Positions 19,613-28,709 of a stretch of DNA of 64,000 bases are shown piece by piece (the stretch's first letter is position 1; every line of letters starts with the position of its first letter). The notes beneath the pieces were generated by a model, which was given only the letters and a program-made list of their open reading frames with translations, was not told the origin of the DNA and searched no databases. This stretch comes from a bacterium (GTDB lineage: Bacteria > SAR324 > JACQKK01): NCBI GenBank assembly GCA_965240465.1, contig OZ251219.1, positions 800,001 through 864,000 of the forward strand, given 5' to 3'. The translations under genes and the position numbers were made by a program.

Positions 19613-20644
19613 ATGAAGGACACCTCACCATTGCTGCGACAAGGCAGCGTAAAGAATCTGCGTCAAGCCCAGCGTGAAGACCAACTATGGTTTGAATTTA
19701 CCGATAATTACTCGGTATTTGATTGGGGAAAAATGCCCGATACCATTGCGGGCAAAGGACAAGCCCTAGCTGAGTTGGCGGAGTATTTTTTTATTCGCTT
19801 GGCAGATGAGAAATTTTGGAATGAGAGTGGTTTATCCCAGCATCAGAAAGTGCAGCCTTATCTACCGATTGGGAATCATTTTTTGCGGAGTGAACAAAAC
19901 GCAATTCTGGTATCTCTGGTGGATATTCCCAGCATTAGTGCTAGTCAGCTGACTGGCATTCTGGTGTATGATTATAGTTATGGTCGTCAAGCACGCCAGT
20001 TGGTGCCTTTGGAGGTAATTTTTCGCTTTGGAGTACCCGCAGGTTCAAGTTTGCTAAAGCGAGAGAGCTGGTACTCATTTCCCATTCATGAGGGAGCAGA
20101 ATTTGAGGAGCCTCTGATAGAATTTTCCACCAAGCTGGAGAGCAAGGACCGCATGCTATCCTATCAGGAGGCGATATTGATGCTTGGGGGAGATTTTTCT
20201 GCCTTTAGGCGTTTGCATGGAAAATCTCAGGCGGTGGCATTGGGTCTAAAAAGTATTCTTCAAGAATGCGGTTTGAAATTGTGGGACGGCAAATTAGAAT
20301 GGGCTCGGTGGGATAACGACTTCCTACTTGTGGACAGCATTGGGCCTGATGAATTACGGGTCAGCCGAGAAGAGGTAGTTTTTAGCAAGCAGTTTCTGCG
20401 TGATTTTTACTCGGGTACTCCTTGGGAGAGTGCCGTCCATGAGGGACGTCGTTTAGCAAAAGAGCGTGCCGAAGTAGATTGGGTATCCATAGTCAAGGAG
20501 GACTTGAAGATTGAGCCGCCTCCCTTGGAAGAGCCGTGGCTTAGAACGGCTGAGTATCTTTATCAAGATTTTGCGGCATTGGTGATTAATCGGCAACCCA
20601 GTGATAATTTTATAAGGGCGTTTCGGGATCTCCAGCGGTCTTAG
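19613..20644 (+). CDS. purC: SAICAR synthase
   Basis: QGSVKN, FTDNYSVFDWG, PLEVIFR, EFSTKLE, LWDGKLE, VDSIGPDE. Start taken at ATG 19613. Confidence 0.88.
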   Translation: MKDTSPLLRQGSVKNLRQAQREDQLWFEFTDNYSVFDWGKMPDTIAGKGQALAELAEYFFIRLADEKFWNESGLSQHQKVQPYLPIGNHFLRSEQNAILVSLVDIPSISASQLTGILVYDYSYGRQARQLVPLEVIFRFGVPAGSSLLKRESWYSFPIHEGAEFEEPLIEFSTKLESKDRMLSYQEAILMLGGDFSAFRRLHGKSQAVALGLKSILQECGLKLWDGKLEWARWDNDFLLVDSIGPDELRVSREEVVFSKQFLRDFYSGTPWESAVHEGRRLAKERAEVDWVSIVKEDLKIEPPPLEEPWLRTAEYLYQDFAALVINRQPSDNFIRAFRDLQRS

Positions 20645-20674
20645 GCTCCAGTTGTTGCTGTGGCGAGGTATTTC

Positions 20675-21559
20675 ATGTTCGGTTATTTGTGGTTATTGGT
20701 TGTTAAGGATTTGCGGGTGGATTGGCGTGGTGGCGAGCATTTGCCATCCTTGTTGTTATTTGTGCTTTTAATTTGGCTGATATTTGCCTTTGCCTTTGGT
20801 ACTCAGAGCGTGGCGGAGTTTCGTACCACGCCATTGGTGATTAAGCGTGCTCGTTTGGCAGGGGCAACTCCCCAGCAGGTGAAGACCCTCCAGAGCATGG
20901 AAGGTGAACGACATCTCCAGCCTCAGTCGTGGGTTAGGGCTTTCAATTTGGCAGCTAGCCAGTTGCAAACCAGTTTTTCTGTCCCTCTTGACCGAGCCAC
21001 CTTGTTACAATGGAGCCACCAAACACCCTTGCAACGACACACAGCTGGGTTGCTGTGGATGGTTCTACTGCTTAGCGGAGTACTGGGATTAAATCGCTCC
21101 CTTTATCTGGAAAGACAAAACCACGCTTGGCAGGCACTATTAATGACTCCTACCCCCAGACCGCTACTTTGGTTGGCAAAATGTGTGTCTAACACTCTGG
21201 CTCTGTCAGCAGTTATGATGCTTGCCATCATTGTTTCGGGGATATCTTTTCAGCTCTCCCTTTTGTTGGTATTACCACCTCTGACCCTGATAATAGCAGG
21301 CGGCATTCTGGGATTTACCGCATTGGGATCGCTATTAGCAGCACTTACTACCAGCCTTTCAGGCAAGGAGATACTCTTGCCCTTAATTCTTTATCCTTTG
21401 CTTATGCCCTTAATACTTTCTGGGGTACAAAGCACTCAGTTGGTGCTGGATGGGTACTCTCTCAGCCAGACTCAGCCATGGCTGGCACTTCTTTTTTGTT
21501 CTGACATACTTTTTTTGAGCTGTGGATTCTTGCTTTCCAAGATTAGCTTCACTAGCTAA
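20675..21559 (+). CDS. ccmB: Heme exporter protein B-like membrane protein
   Basis: KDLRVDWR, GLLWM...GLNRSLYLE, EILLPLILYPLLMP pattern, with a long internal insertion. Confidence 0.78.
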   Translation: MFGYLWLLVVKDLRVDWRGGEHLPSLLLFVLLIWLIFAFAFGTQSVAEFRTTPLVIKRARLAGATPQQVKTLQSMEGERHLQPQSWVRAFNLAASQLQTSFSVPLDRATLLQWSHQTPLQRHTAGLLWMVLLLSGVLGLNRSLYLERQNHAWQALLMTPTPRPLLWLAKCVSNTLALSAVMMLAIIVSGISFQLSLLLVLPPLTLIIAGGILGFTALGSLLAALTTSLSGKEILLPLILYPLLMPLILSGVQSTQLVLDGYSLSQTQPWLALLFCSDILFLSCGFLLSKISFTS

Positions 21560-21568
21560 GTGGTACTT

Positions 21569-21615
21569 GGGGGGTTGGGGGGGAGGTGGAGGTGGGGGGT
21601 TGGGGGGTTGGGGGG
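21569..21615 (+). other. G-rich tract with G-quadruplex potential (five G6-G7 runs)
   Basis: G6-TT-G7-AGGTGGAGGT-G6-TT-G6-TT-G6 between ccmB and recO. Confidence 0.7.
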
Positions 21616-21682
21616 TACCAGAAAAACTAGCCTGGGCAGGGTAAAACATGGGAGAAGAGAAAGAGAATTAGGTTTGGGCAAG

Positions 21683-22462
21683 ATGCAGTTATTGTCATCA
21701 GAGAGCATTTTATTGAGGAGGCGTGAGTTCCAAGACAGCCATTGGATTATCACCTTTTTGACTGCAGACCGAGGCTTGATAAAGGGGGTGGTGCGGGGAG
21801 CACGAAAATTGACTTCCCGCGGAGTAGGCAATTTTGAGCCTCTGAGCTCGGGGGTGATTTACTATCATATCAATCCCAATCGCGAGTTAGTACAGATTCG
21901 TAAACGCGATAACGCTGCCCAAAGCTGGTGGCAAAGCCAAAGCTACGAGAAATTTTGCTATGGGAGCTATCTAGCCGAATTGATGGAGCTAGGTCCGATC
22001 GCAGCTGAGCAAAGCACTGCTTGTTATCAATTACTTAGTGAAGGTTTGAAGGAGGTATTTCAAGCTTCGCGGCTGCGTTTGCTCCCCTTGATACGATTGC
22101 GTTTTGAGTTGAAGTACCTACGCTTAATGGGTATTCAGCCTAGTTGGGATGTGTGTGTCAGTTGCGGCAAAGTTCCTCCTTGGTCTGGCATTGGTGGTTT
22201 ATCTTTTTCTCGGGGAGGGATTTTATGTCCTTTGTGTGTCCGTCAGAATTCACCTGCTCCGCCTATATCATCTTCCAGCCTAGCCTTCATAAGTGCTTGG
22301 CAAGGCGGAGGAAGGCCGCTGAAACCTCAGCAAATCTGGTTGGAGCAGCTACTAGCTGCACTCAGTGCCTATCTTTGCTACCAAGTAGGACGTCAGCCAC
22401 GCTCCTTGAAATTGCTACCCAATCTAGACGAATTAGCCAGTGGAGAACAACCCGCAACCTAA
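21683..22462 (+). CDS. recO: DNA repair protein RecO
   Basis: FLTADRGLIKGVVRGARK, RFELKYL, CVSC...CPLC zinc finger. Start taken at ATG 21683. Confidence 0.9.
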   Translation: MQLLSSESILLRRREFQDSHWIITFLTADRGLIKGVVRGARKLTSRGVGNFEPLSSGVIYYHINPNRELVQIRKRDNAAQSWWQSQSYEKFCYGSYLAELMELGPIAAEQSTACYQLLSEGLKEVFQASRLRLLPLIRLRFELKYLRLMGIQPSWDVCVSCGKVPPWSGIGGLSFSRGGILCPLCVRQNSPAPPISSSSLAFISAWQGGGRPLKPQQIWLEQLLAALSAYLCYQVGRQPRSLKLLPNLDELASGEQPAT

Positions 22463-22582
22463 GCTGGATCTGATTGGCTACTCACAAAGATTTTAGCAGC
22501 ATAGCCAATTTATTTTGTGTTAGTATCTCCTTACTTAGTCCTGTTCCGCCATTAGCTAAACCTTATTCTAACAAGTCCCTTA

Positions 22583-23056
22583 GTGCGTTTCACAATCTTT
22601 GTAAAGCACCCCAAACTATGGCTGGTGGCAAGCACGATATGCTTGCTTAGCCCAGTTACGATTTTTGCTCAATCAGTTGGCGAAACTGCCTGTGTGAATG
22701 CACCGCGTACCAGCTTGCGGGCAGGACCGAGTTTTAGGCATCGGATCAGCTGGCAGATAAATCAGAACATGCCCTTGAAGATAATTGCTCAGCAAGGGAC
22801 TTGGCTTAAAGTGGAAGACCTTAATCAAGACAGGTATTGGATTCTGGCTCGGATGTTGTCTAATGAATTCTCTTGCGTGGTAATTGCCAAGCCTGTAGTA
22901 CACCTTCGCCAAAGAGCATCCCACCGAGCTAGAGCTGTACTTGCGGTGGAAAAGGGAACCCCCTTTCGGGTGTTTGAAAGACAAGAAAAATGGCTGAAAC
23001 TAGATTATTATCAGCAAGAAATATGGGTCCATGAAAGTCTGGTTTGGCCTCAGTAA
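22583..23056 (+). CDS. Secreted tandem bacterial SH3-domain protein
   Basis: Signal peptide and two SH3-like units (LRAGP...WLKVED...YWI; LRQRA...WLKL...WVH). Confidence 0.75.
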   Translation: MRFTIFVKHPKLWLVASTICLLSPVTIFAQSVGETACVNAPRTSLRAGPSFRHRISWQINQNMPLKIIAQQGTWLKVEDLNQDRYWILARMLSNEFSCVVIAKPVVHLRQRASHRARAVLAVEKGTPFRVFERQEKWLKLDYYQQEIWVHESLVWPQ

Positions 23057-23125
23057 AACAAATAATTGCCTCCTTCCGTACCTAATCACTACTCTTAAAG
23101 AACCCCCTTTTTCCGTATCGCTATT

Positions 23126-23734
23126 ATGAATCAAAACACCCCTCTGAGAAAATCTCTTAACAAGGAAGCACTTAATCAATTGTTTCTAGAAGCTCGTTCT
23201 TGTAAGGAATGGCAGCCCATCCCCCTGGATAATACCCTGCTGGAAAAACTCTATGAACTTACCAAATGGGGACCCACCAGCTTTAATGACTGCCCTCTTC
23301 GGATTATTTTTGTAGCTAGCTCAGCCGCTAAGGAACGCCTATTGCCCGCCCTGATGCGCGGTAATGTCGCTCCCACTCAAGCAGCACCCATAACTGCCAT
23401 CTTGGCTTATGAGCTGGAATTCTGGCGTACCCTAGATCGTTTGCTACCCAATGCGAAGGTTGCCCACCTCTTCAAGGACAAACCCCAAGCAGCAGAAGCA
23501 GCGGCTCTCAGAGATGGCAACCTCCAAGCAGGTTATTTCATTTTGGCAGCCCGAGCACTAGGGCTGGATTGCGGCCCTATGGCAGGCTTTGATAGCAAAA
23601 AAATCAACCAAGCTTTCTTCCCTAATTCTTCCATCCGCACTAACTTCCTTTGTAACATTGGCTACGCCAAAACCGATAAAACTCATCCCCGCGGACCTCG
23701 CCTAGACTTCCAAGAAGTTTGCCAGATCCTCTGA
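23126..23734 (+). CDS. Nitroreductase family, RutE/malonic semialdehyde reductase-like
   Basis: QLFLEARS, KWGPTSFN, ARALGLDCGPMAGFD, NFLCNIGY. Confidence 0.88.
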   Translation: MNQNTPLRKSLNKEALNQLFLEARSCKEWQPIPLDNTLLEKLYELTKWGPTSFNDCPLRIIFVASSAAKERLLPALMRGNVAPTQAAPITAILAYELEFWRTLDRLLPNAKVAHLFKDKPQAAEAAALRDGNLQAGYFILAARALGLDCGPMAGFDSKKINQAFFPNSSIRTNFLCNIGYAKTDKTHPRGPRLDFQEVCQIL

Positions 23735-23790
23735 TGACTATTAATTTGAATCTGCAACCTCCTCATTCCATCACTTCTGCTGTGATCGGA

Positions 23791-23875
23791 TGACGCATCA
23801 CCCCTGGGGCATCACCTGGGGCATCACATGACGCATCACCTGGGGCATCACCTGGGGCATCACCTGGGGCATCAG
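23791..23875. repeat. 12-bp tandem array (GCATCACCTGGG) with variants
   Basis: About 7 units between convergent genes. Confidence 0.9.
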
Positions 23876-23884
23876 TAACTCAGA

Positions 23885-25264
23885 TTAGGGGGGGCCGAGT
23901 TGTAATTTCTTGATCTTCTTGTGCAGATTGCTACGGTCTAATCCCATTTCCGTGGATGCCTTAGATATATTCCACTTGCATTGTTGCAGTTTATGCCTCA
24001 AGTACTCAGCTTGAAAAGCCTGCTTCGCTTGGGAATAAGTTCCCTGTAGCCAATCAGGAGTTTCATTTTCCGCAGTGCCGCCAGCAGTACGCTTCAGGCT
24101 GGGGCCTAGGGCATCGTAGATGTCATCGGGGGTGATTTTCTCCTCTGTGTTGAGGATTATCAGACGCTCTATCACGTTTTTAAGTTCTCTCACATTACCG
24201 GGCCAAGGATGTTTTTCTAGTAGTTGCATGGCGTCGGGCTGGATTATTTTTTGTTTCCAGCCGTGATGTTTAGATAAGAATTCTAGATAGTAATTCGCCA
24301 ACAGGGGGATATCACCATGGCGATCTCTTAAAGGAGGTACTCGCAGGGGAAGTACATTGAGGCGATAGTAGAGGTCTTCCCGAAAATTAGCCGACCTGAT
24401 CTCATCTTCCAGCTGTTTATTGGAAGCAGCGATTACTCGCACATTGACGCAGATGGTTTCATTTCCGCCTACTCTTTCAAAGCGTTGCTCTTGGAGGACG
24501 CGTAAAATCTTGGCTTGGGTAGACATGCTCATATCGGCAATTTCATCCAGAAACAGAGTACCTTGGTGAGCTTGGTCAAACTTGCCTCTATGACGACCAA
24601 CTGCCCCAGTGAAAGATCCTTTTTCATGCCCAAACAGTTCGCTTTCAATCAGATTTTCAGGGATGGCAGCACAGTTTGTCTCCACAAAGGGTCCTTCTGC
24701 CCGCGGGCTTTGCTGATGAATGCTCCAAGCAATTGATTCTTTCCCAGTGCCATTTTCACCGTGGATTAGTACTCCGCTGTGGCTGGTTGCGACTAGCTGA
24801 ACCTTCTTTAGTAAATTGATAAAGCTGGAGCTTTTACCGATCAGGGGTCCGTGCCTGGGCAGCTGGATTTTCAGCACTTTATTTTCTTGGCTTAGCTGGC
24901 AATGTTTCAGGGCATTACGGATGTTAATAATTAAGGTTTCGCTGGAGAACGGCTTTTCCACAAAATGATAAGCTCCATTTTTGGTGGCGTTGACGGCATT
25001 TTCAATTGAGGCATGACCAGACATCATAATAACGGGTAGGTCGGGCTTTAGGGCTTGAATTTGCTTTAGGGCTTCCAATCCATTGATTCCTGGCATCCAG
25101 ACATCTAGCAACACGATTGAAATTACGTCATCAGTTTGTAATTTTTTCAAGGCTTCCTCTCCGCTGGATGCGGTAAGAGAGAGATAGCCTTCGTCTTGGA
25201 GCAAGTCCTGCAAGGATTCTCGGATGGTTGGTTCGTCATCCACGATGAGGACGGTAGATTTCAT
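23885..25264 (-). CDS. Sigma54-dependent response regulator, NtrX-like
   Basis: REC domain (LLDVWMPG), GENGTGKE, GSFTGA, WPGNVREL, C-terminal Fis-type HTH. Confidence 0.9.
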   Translation of the reverse strand: MKSTVLIVDDEPTIRESLQDLLQDEGYLSLTASSGEEALKKLQTDDVISIVLLDVWMPGINGLEALKQIQALKPDLPVIMMSGHASIENAVNATKNGAYHFVEKPFSSETLIINIRNALKHCQLSQENKVLKIQLPRHGPLIGKSSSFINLLKKVQLVATSHSGVLIHGENGTGKESIAWSIHQQSPRAEGPFVETNCAAIPENLIESELFGHEKGSFTGAVGRHRGKFDQAHQGTLFLDEIADMSMSTQAKILRVLQEQRFERVGGNETICVNVRVIAASNKQLEDEIRSANFREDLYYRLNVLPLRVPPLRDRHGDIPLLANYYLEFLSKHHGWKQKIIQPDAMQLLEKHPWPGNVRELKNVIERLIILNTEEKITPDDIYDALGPSLKRTAGGTAENETPDWLQGTYSQAKQAFQAEYLRHKLQQCKWNISKASTEMGLDRSNLHKKIKKLQLGPP

Positions 25265-25353
25265 AAGGTCTGCCTAGTTAAGATAGGGGAGGTTATGGTA
25301 TTTCTTAAGAAATGAGCAACTTATGGAAAGTTTAAGTCAAGCTTGCCACAAGC

Positions 25354-27612
25354 TTAGGTGAGTTTATAGGGCTTTTTTTTGGGTTTGGTAATAATTCTAT
25401 TGGGAGGTAGATGAGGTACAGGCAGAGTGAGAGTAAATAGGGATCCTCCTTTTGCCACCGCGGTGTAGGAAATAGATCCCTTATGATCGGTCATTATTTG
25501 TTTAACGATACTCAAGCCTAGCCCTTCTCCTTGTTTTTTGCTGGTGGTGTATGGTTCAAAGAGATGCTGATGAATGTTTTCGGCAACTCCGGGGCCATTG
25601 TCTTGGATGGTCAGCTGTACCCGTTGTTTTTCGGTTAGGAAATGTGTAGCCATGGTGATATGCCGCGGAGTTTTTTGATTACTGGAATGCAGGGCTGTAA
25701 TGGCATTTTCCAGCAAGTTGATAATGGCACCACGCATCTGTTCTTGATCTAGTAGCAGAGTAGGTAGCTGGGGAGTTAGTTGGAGAGTAAGTTTAATATC
25801 TTTAGCGAGGCTAGCACTATACAATTGAGCACTTTCTGCCACGATAAGGTTGAGGTCTGCCGATTGAAAGGCGGTTTCTGGCAGTTTTGCAAATTGAGAG
25901 AAACCCTTAACCATGTTTTTTAAGGCGTTCACCTGCTGAACTATGGTTTGGGTGCATTGAGAAACAACCTGAGCATTTTCACTAGTCAGGCCTTGACTTC
26001 TACGCTGAATACGCTGAGCACAAAGCTGAATTGGAGTGAGAGGATTTTTAATTTCATGTGCCATTCGTCGGGCGACTTCTCGCCAGGCTAGGGTACGCTG
26101 AGTGCGTTGCATGGCGGTGGCATTGCGAATGATTATCAGCATCTCGCTGCCTTCCTCTTTGGGAATCTCTACCAGACTTAATTCAAGCACCTCATCTTCA
26201 GTCGGGCTATGCAAGGTAAAATTGCTGGTATGATTAGAATCATTGCTCTTTTTAAGCACATCTTGCATTGTCTTTATCTTGTGTGCCAGTTCTTTGCCAA
26301 AAACAGTCGCCACCGATTTACCCTCCCACTGAACAGGAATGTCAGGTAACATCTTATGGGTAGTACCATTCAAAGCACTCACCCGACCCTTGGTGTTTAA
26401 GGCTACAATCCCAGCATCCACATGCTCCAACAGCATATCCACCATCAAGGCACGAGCGTTTAACTCCTGATGATTATGGTCCAAACGCTGACTCATAAAG
26501 TTAAAGGTTGACATAAGCCCCTGTAAGTCACGGCTGGAATTCTCTAAAACGGCATCACTGATACGATGCTGAAAATCACCCTTGGCCATCTTTCTAGTCG
26601 CCTCCACCAAATGGTCTACTGGATTAGTAAAATGCGGAGTCAAATGGCGAGCAATCAAAAAAGTACTCAATAAAATAAGAACCGTCATGGCCATCATAAA
26701 CAACCAAAAACCCTTGTATACTAATCGCTGTAAATTCAAATTCTCATCGCGTGCCAGCGTTAGACTCCCTAATGTCTCCGTTAAGCGAGCTGGGTACACT
26801 TGTAACAATTGAATCACCAAACTAGGATTGACTCGCAAGGTCTGCAGCAAACTGCGTACCTGAAATGAACCCACCTGCTGAGATACCAATACCCCCGCTG
26901 AACCAAACTCGCGAGCTTTTATGAAATCATCAGCATCAGGTGTCAAAAGGGTTTCCAAAACATCCCCATGCGATATCCAACGAGAAAGCATCACGTCCTC
27001 CCGCCCGTAGACTACTACTCCACCTCTAAAACCTGGCAATGATTGAATCATCCACCCTTGCTGCTGATAAGCTTCTTCATCTATAGGCAAGACCAGCTGC
27101 AGATTGGTCATAAATTTCTGTAGCTGATTATTTTCATTCTCTGCTAAAATGTCCGCCAAATAATCCCCGTGATTCAAAATCTTCAAGTACTGCTGGTTGG
27201 ATATCCGTCCTAAAGATTGGGTGGTCACCCCTACTACCAAGGCATGAAATACCAAAGAAGGTAGCGAAAAAGCCAAAAATGCAATCGTAAATTTGACCCT
27301 CAGCGAAGAACGAGCCAGCCAAGTGGACTTTTCCAACAAAGCCCGCACCACTAAGCGTAAGCCTAAGTAAAATAGCAGTGCAAATAGTACCGCAAATAAA
27401 AACAAAACCTGTATTTTCTGCTGAGCAGGCGATGACACCCCTAGCACATCCCCCCTAGATAATAACCACGCCAAAGCCAAGCCAGTGGATATCAAACTCA
27501 CAAATAGCAGAATGCTACTCACCTTCCCTAGCCAAGACAGCAACCGCCTACTCCCAACCAGCCACCCAGACATTATCCTCTTGGCTTCAGATCTCACTGC
27601 CATATTTCTCAC
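25354..27612 (-). CDS. Sensor histidine kinase, NtrY-like
   Basis: TM-HAMP-PAS architecture, AWREVARRMAHEIKNPLTPIQL H-box, DNGPG and GEGLGL. Confidence 0.88.
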   Translation of the reverse strand: MRNMAVRSEAKRIMSGWLVGSRRLLSWLGKVSSILLFVSLISTGLALAWLLSRGDVLGVSSPAQQKIQVLFLFAVLFALLFYLGLRLVVRALLEKSTWLARSSLRVKFTIAFLAFSLPSLVFHALVVGVTTQSLGRISNQQYLKILNHGDYLADILAENENNQLQKFMTNLQLVLPIDEEAYQQQGWMIQSLPGFRGGVVVYGREDVMLSRWISHGDVLETLLTPDADDFIKAREFGSAGVLVSQQVGSFQVRSLLQTLRVNPSLVIQLLQVYPARLTETLGSLTLARDENLNLQRLVYKGFWLFMMAMTVLILLSTFLIARHLTPHFTNPVDHLVEATRKMAKGDFQHRISDAVLENSSRDLQGLMSTFNFMSQRLDHNHQELNARALMVDMLLEHVDAGIVALNTKGRVSALNGTTHKMLPDIPVQWEGKSVATVFGKELAHKIKTMQDVLKKSNDSNHTSNFTLHSPTEDEVLELSLVEIPKEEGSEMLIIIRNATAMQRTQRTLAWREVARRMAHEIKNPLTPIQLCAQRIQRRSQGLTSENAQVVSQCTQTIVQQVNALKNMVKGFSQFAKLPETAFQSADLNLIVAESAQLYSASLAKDIKLTLQLTPQLPTLLLDQEQMRGAIINLLENAITALHSSNQKTPRHITMATHFLTEKQRVQLTIQDNGPGVAENIHQHLFEPYTTSKKQGEGLGLSIVKQIMTDHKGSISYTAVAKGGSLFTLTLPVPHLPPNRIITKPKKKPYKLT

Positions 27613-27771
27613 ATTTCTGTTACAATCATCCGATCGTGGTAATCACTAGAACCACAATCTATGGTATCAACAATCACTTTTTATAGATTACCATGAGCTA
27701 AACATTCTGGCCTCACCTACAAATTTTCGCTTTTGACACTAATCCCATAACATGGCAAACAGATGCCAACT

Positions 27772-27844
27772 GCTCCCGTAGTTAAACTGGATATAACGGT
27801 GGATTGCGATTCCGCTGTTCTAGGTTCGAGTCCTGGCGGGAGCA
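27772..27844 (+). tRNA. tRNA-Arg(GCG)
   Basis: Acceptor GCTCCCG/CGGGAGC, D stem GTTA/TAAC with GGA (A20 Arg identity element), anticodon arm GTGGA-TTGCGAT-TCCGC, T arm CTAGG-TTCGAGT-CCTGG. No encoded CCA. Confidence 0.9.
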
Positions 27845-28590
27845 TTTTTACGGGTAGTTTTCACTTTCTTTTTTCGGGGTTTTGCTAGCCAAGAGACTAA
27901 GATGCTAAATTCGTAGAGGATAGCTAGCGGCAAGGCTAGCAGCAGTTGAGTTATGGCATCGGGCGGGGTAAGAATTGCAGCTACGATGAAGGTCAGTACT
28001 AGGGCGTAGCGTCTATTTTTGGCTAGCCAGCGGGGGGTGATGAGTTTGGCTCTGGTGAGGAGTAGACTAATAAGGGGCAGTTCAAATACCAGTCCGAATA
28101 CAAATAGCAGGCGAGAGCTAAAGGAAAGGAAATCTCCTACTCTGAGGGAGGGGATGAGGTTTTCATCAAATTGTACTAGGAAATTGATGGCTTGAGGAAG
28201 GACTACTAAGTAGCAGAATAGGGCTCCGCCGACAAAGAAAGGATAAGATAGCAGCACAAAGGGCCAGATAGTGCGAGTTTCTTTTTTGAAGAGAGCAGGT
28301 TTAACAAACAGCCATATTTGCAACAGCAAAAAAGGAAAAGTGAGTAAAATAGCTGCTAAAAAAGCTGCTTTTAGGTGAGTTATAAAGGGGTCGGTGAGGG
28401 TGTCAAAATGCAGCTTTGTTTGAAAAGGTATCAGGGGTTTTTGGAGCAAGATGAGAATGTACTCGCTGAACGCCCAAGCGACAAGAAAGACCGTCGCCAC
28501 CACTGAAATGATGATAAGCAAACGTTTGCGTAGTTCACGCAGGTGTTCTATCAATGGCATGGGGGTATCGGCAGGAGGTTTTGTTGGCAT
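27820..28590 (-). CDS. tatC: Twin-arginine translocase subunit TatC
   Basis: MPLIEHLRELRKR, QIWLFVKPAL, FGLVFELP, AAILTPPD. Confidence 0.95.
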   Translation of the reverse strand: MPTKPPADTPMPLIEHLRELRKRLLIIISVVATVFLVAWAFSEYILILLQKPLIPFQTKLHFDTLTDPFITHLKAAFLAAILLTFPFLLLQIWLFVKPALFKKETRTIWPFVLLSYPFFVGGALFCYLVVLPQAINFLVQFDENLIPSLRVGDFLSFSSRLLFVFGLVFELPLISLLLTRAKLITPRWLAKNRRYALVLTFIVAAILTPPDAITQLLLALPLAILYEFSILVSWLAKPRKKKVKTTRKNAPARTRT

Positions 28591-28709
28591 GGGTCTAAGG
28601 ATTCGTGGTGAGGGAGCTGAGCCTTGCTTGTGTGTTCATTATACAAAATGTTACCTTGATATAAAGTCCTGGGGAGCAATAAATAACAGGGCAAACAGGA
28701 GAATTTCAG

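Noticed and set aside
21560-21682. Gly-rich N-terminal extension of RecO
   Set aside because: It is a translation of the G tract; RecO similarity begins at ATG 21683.
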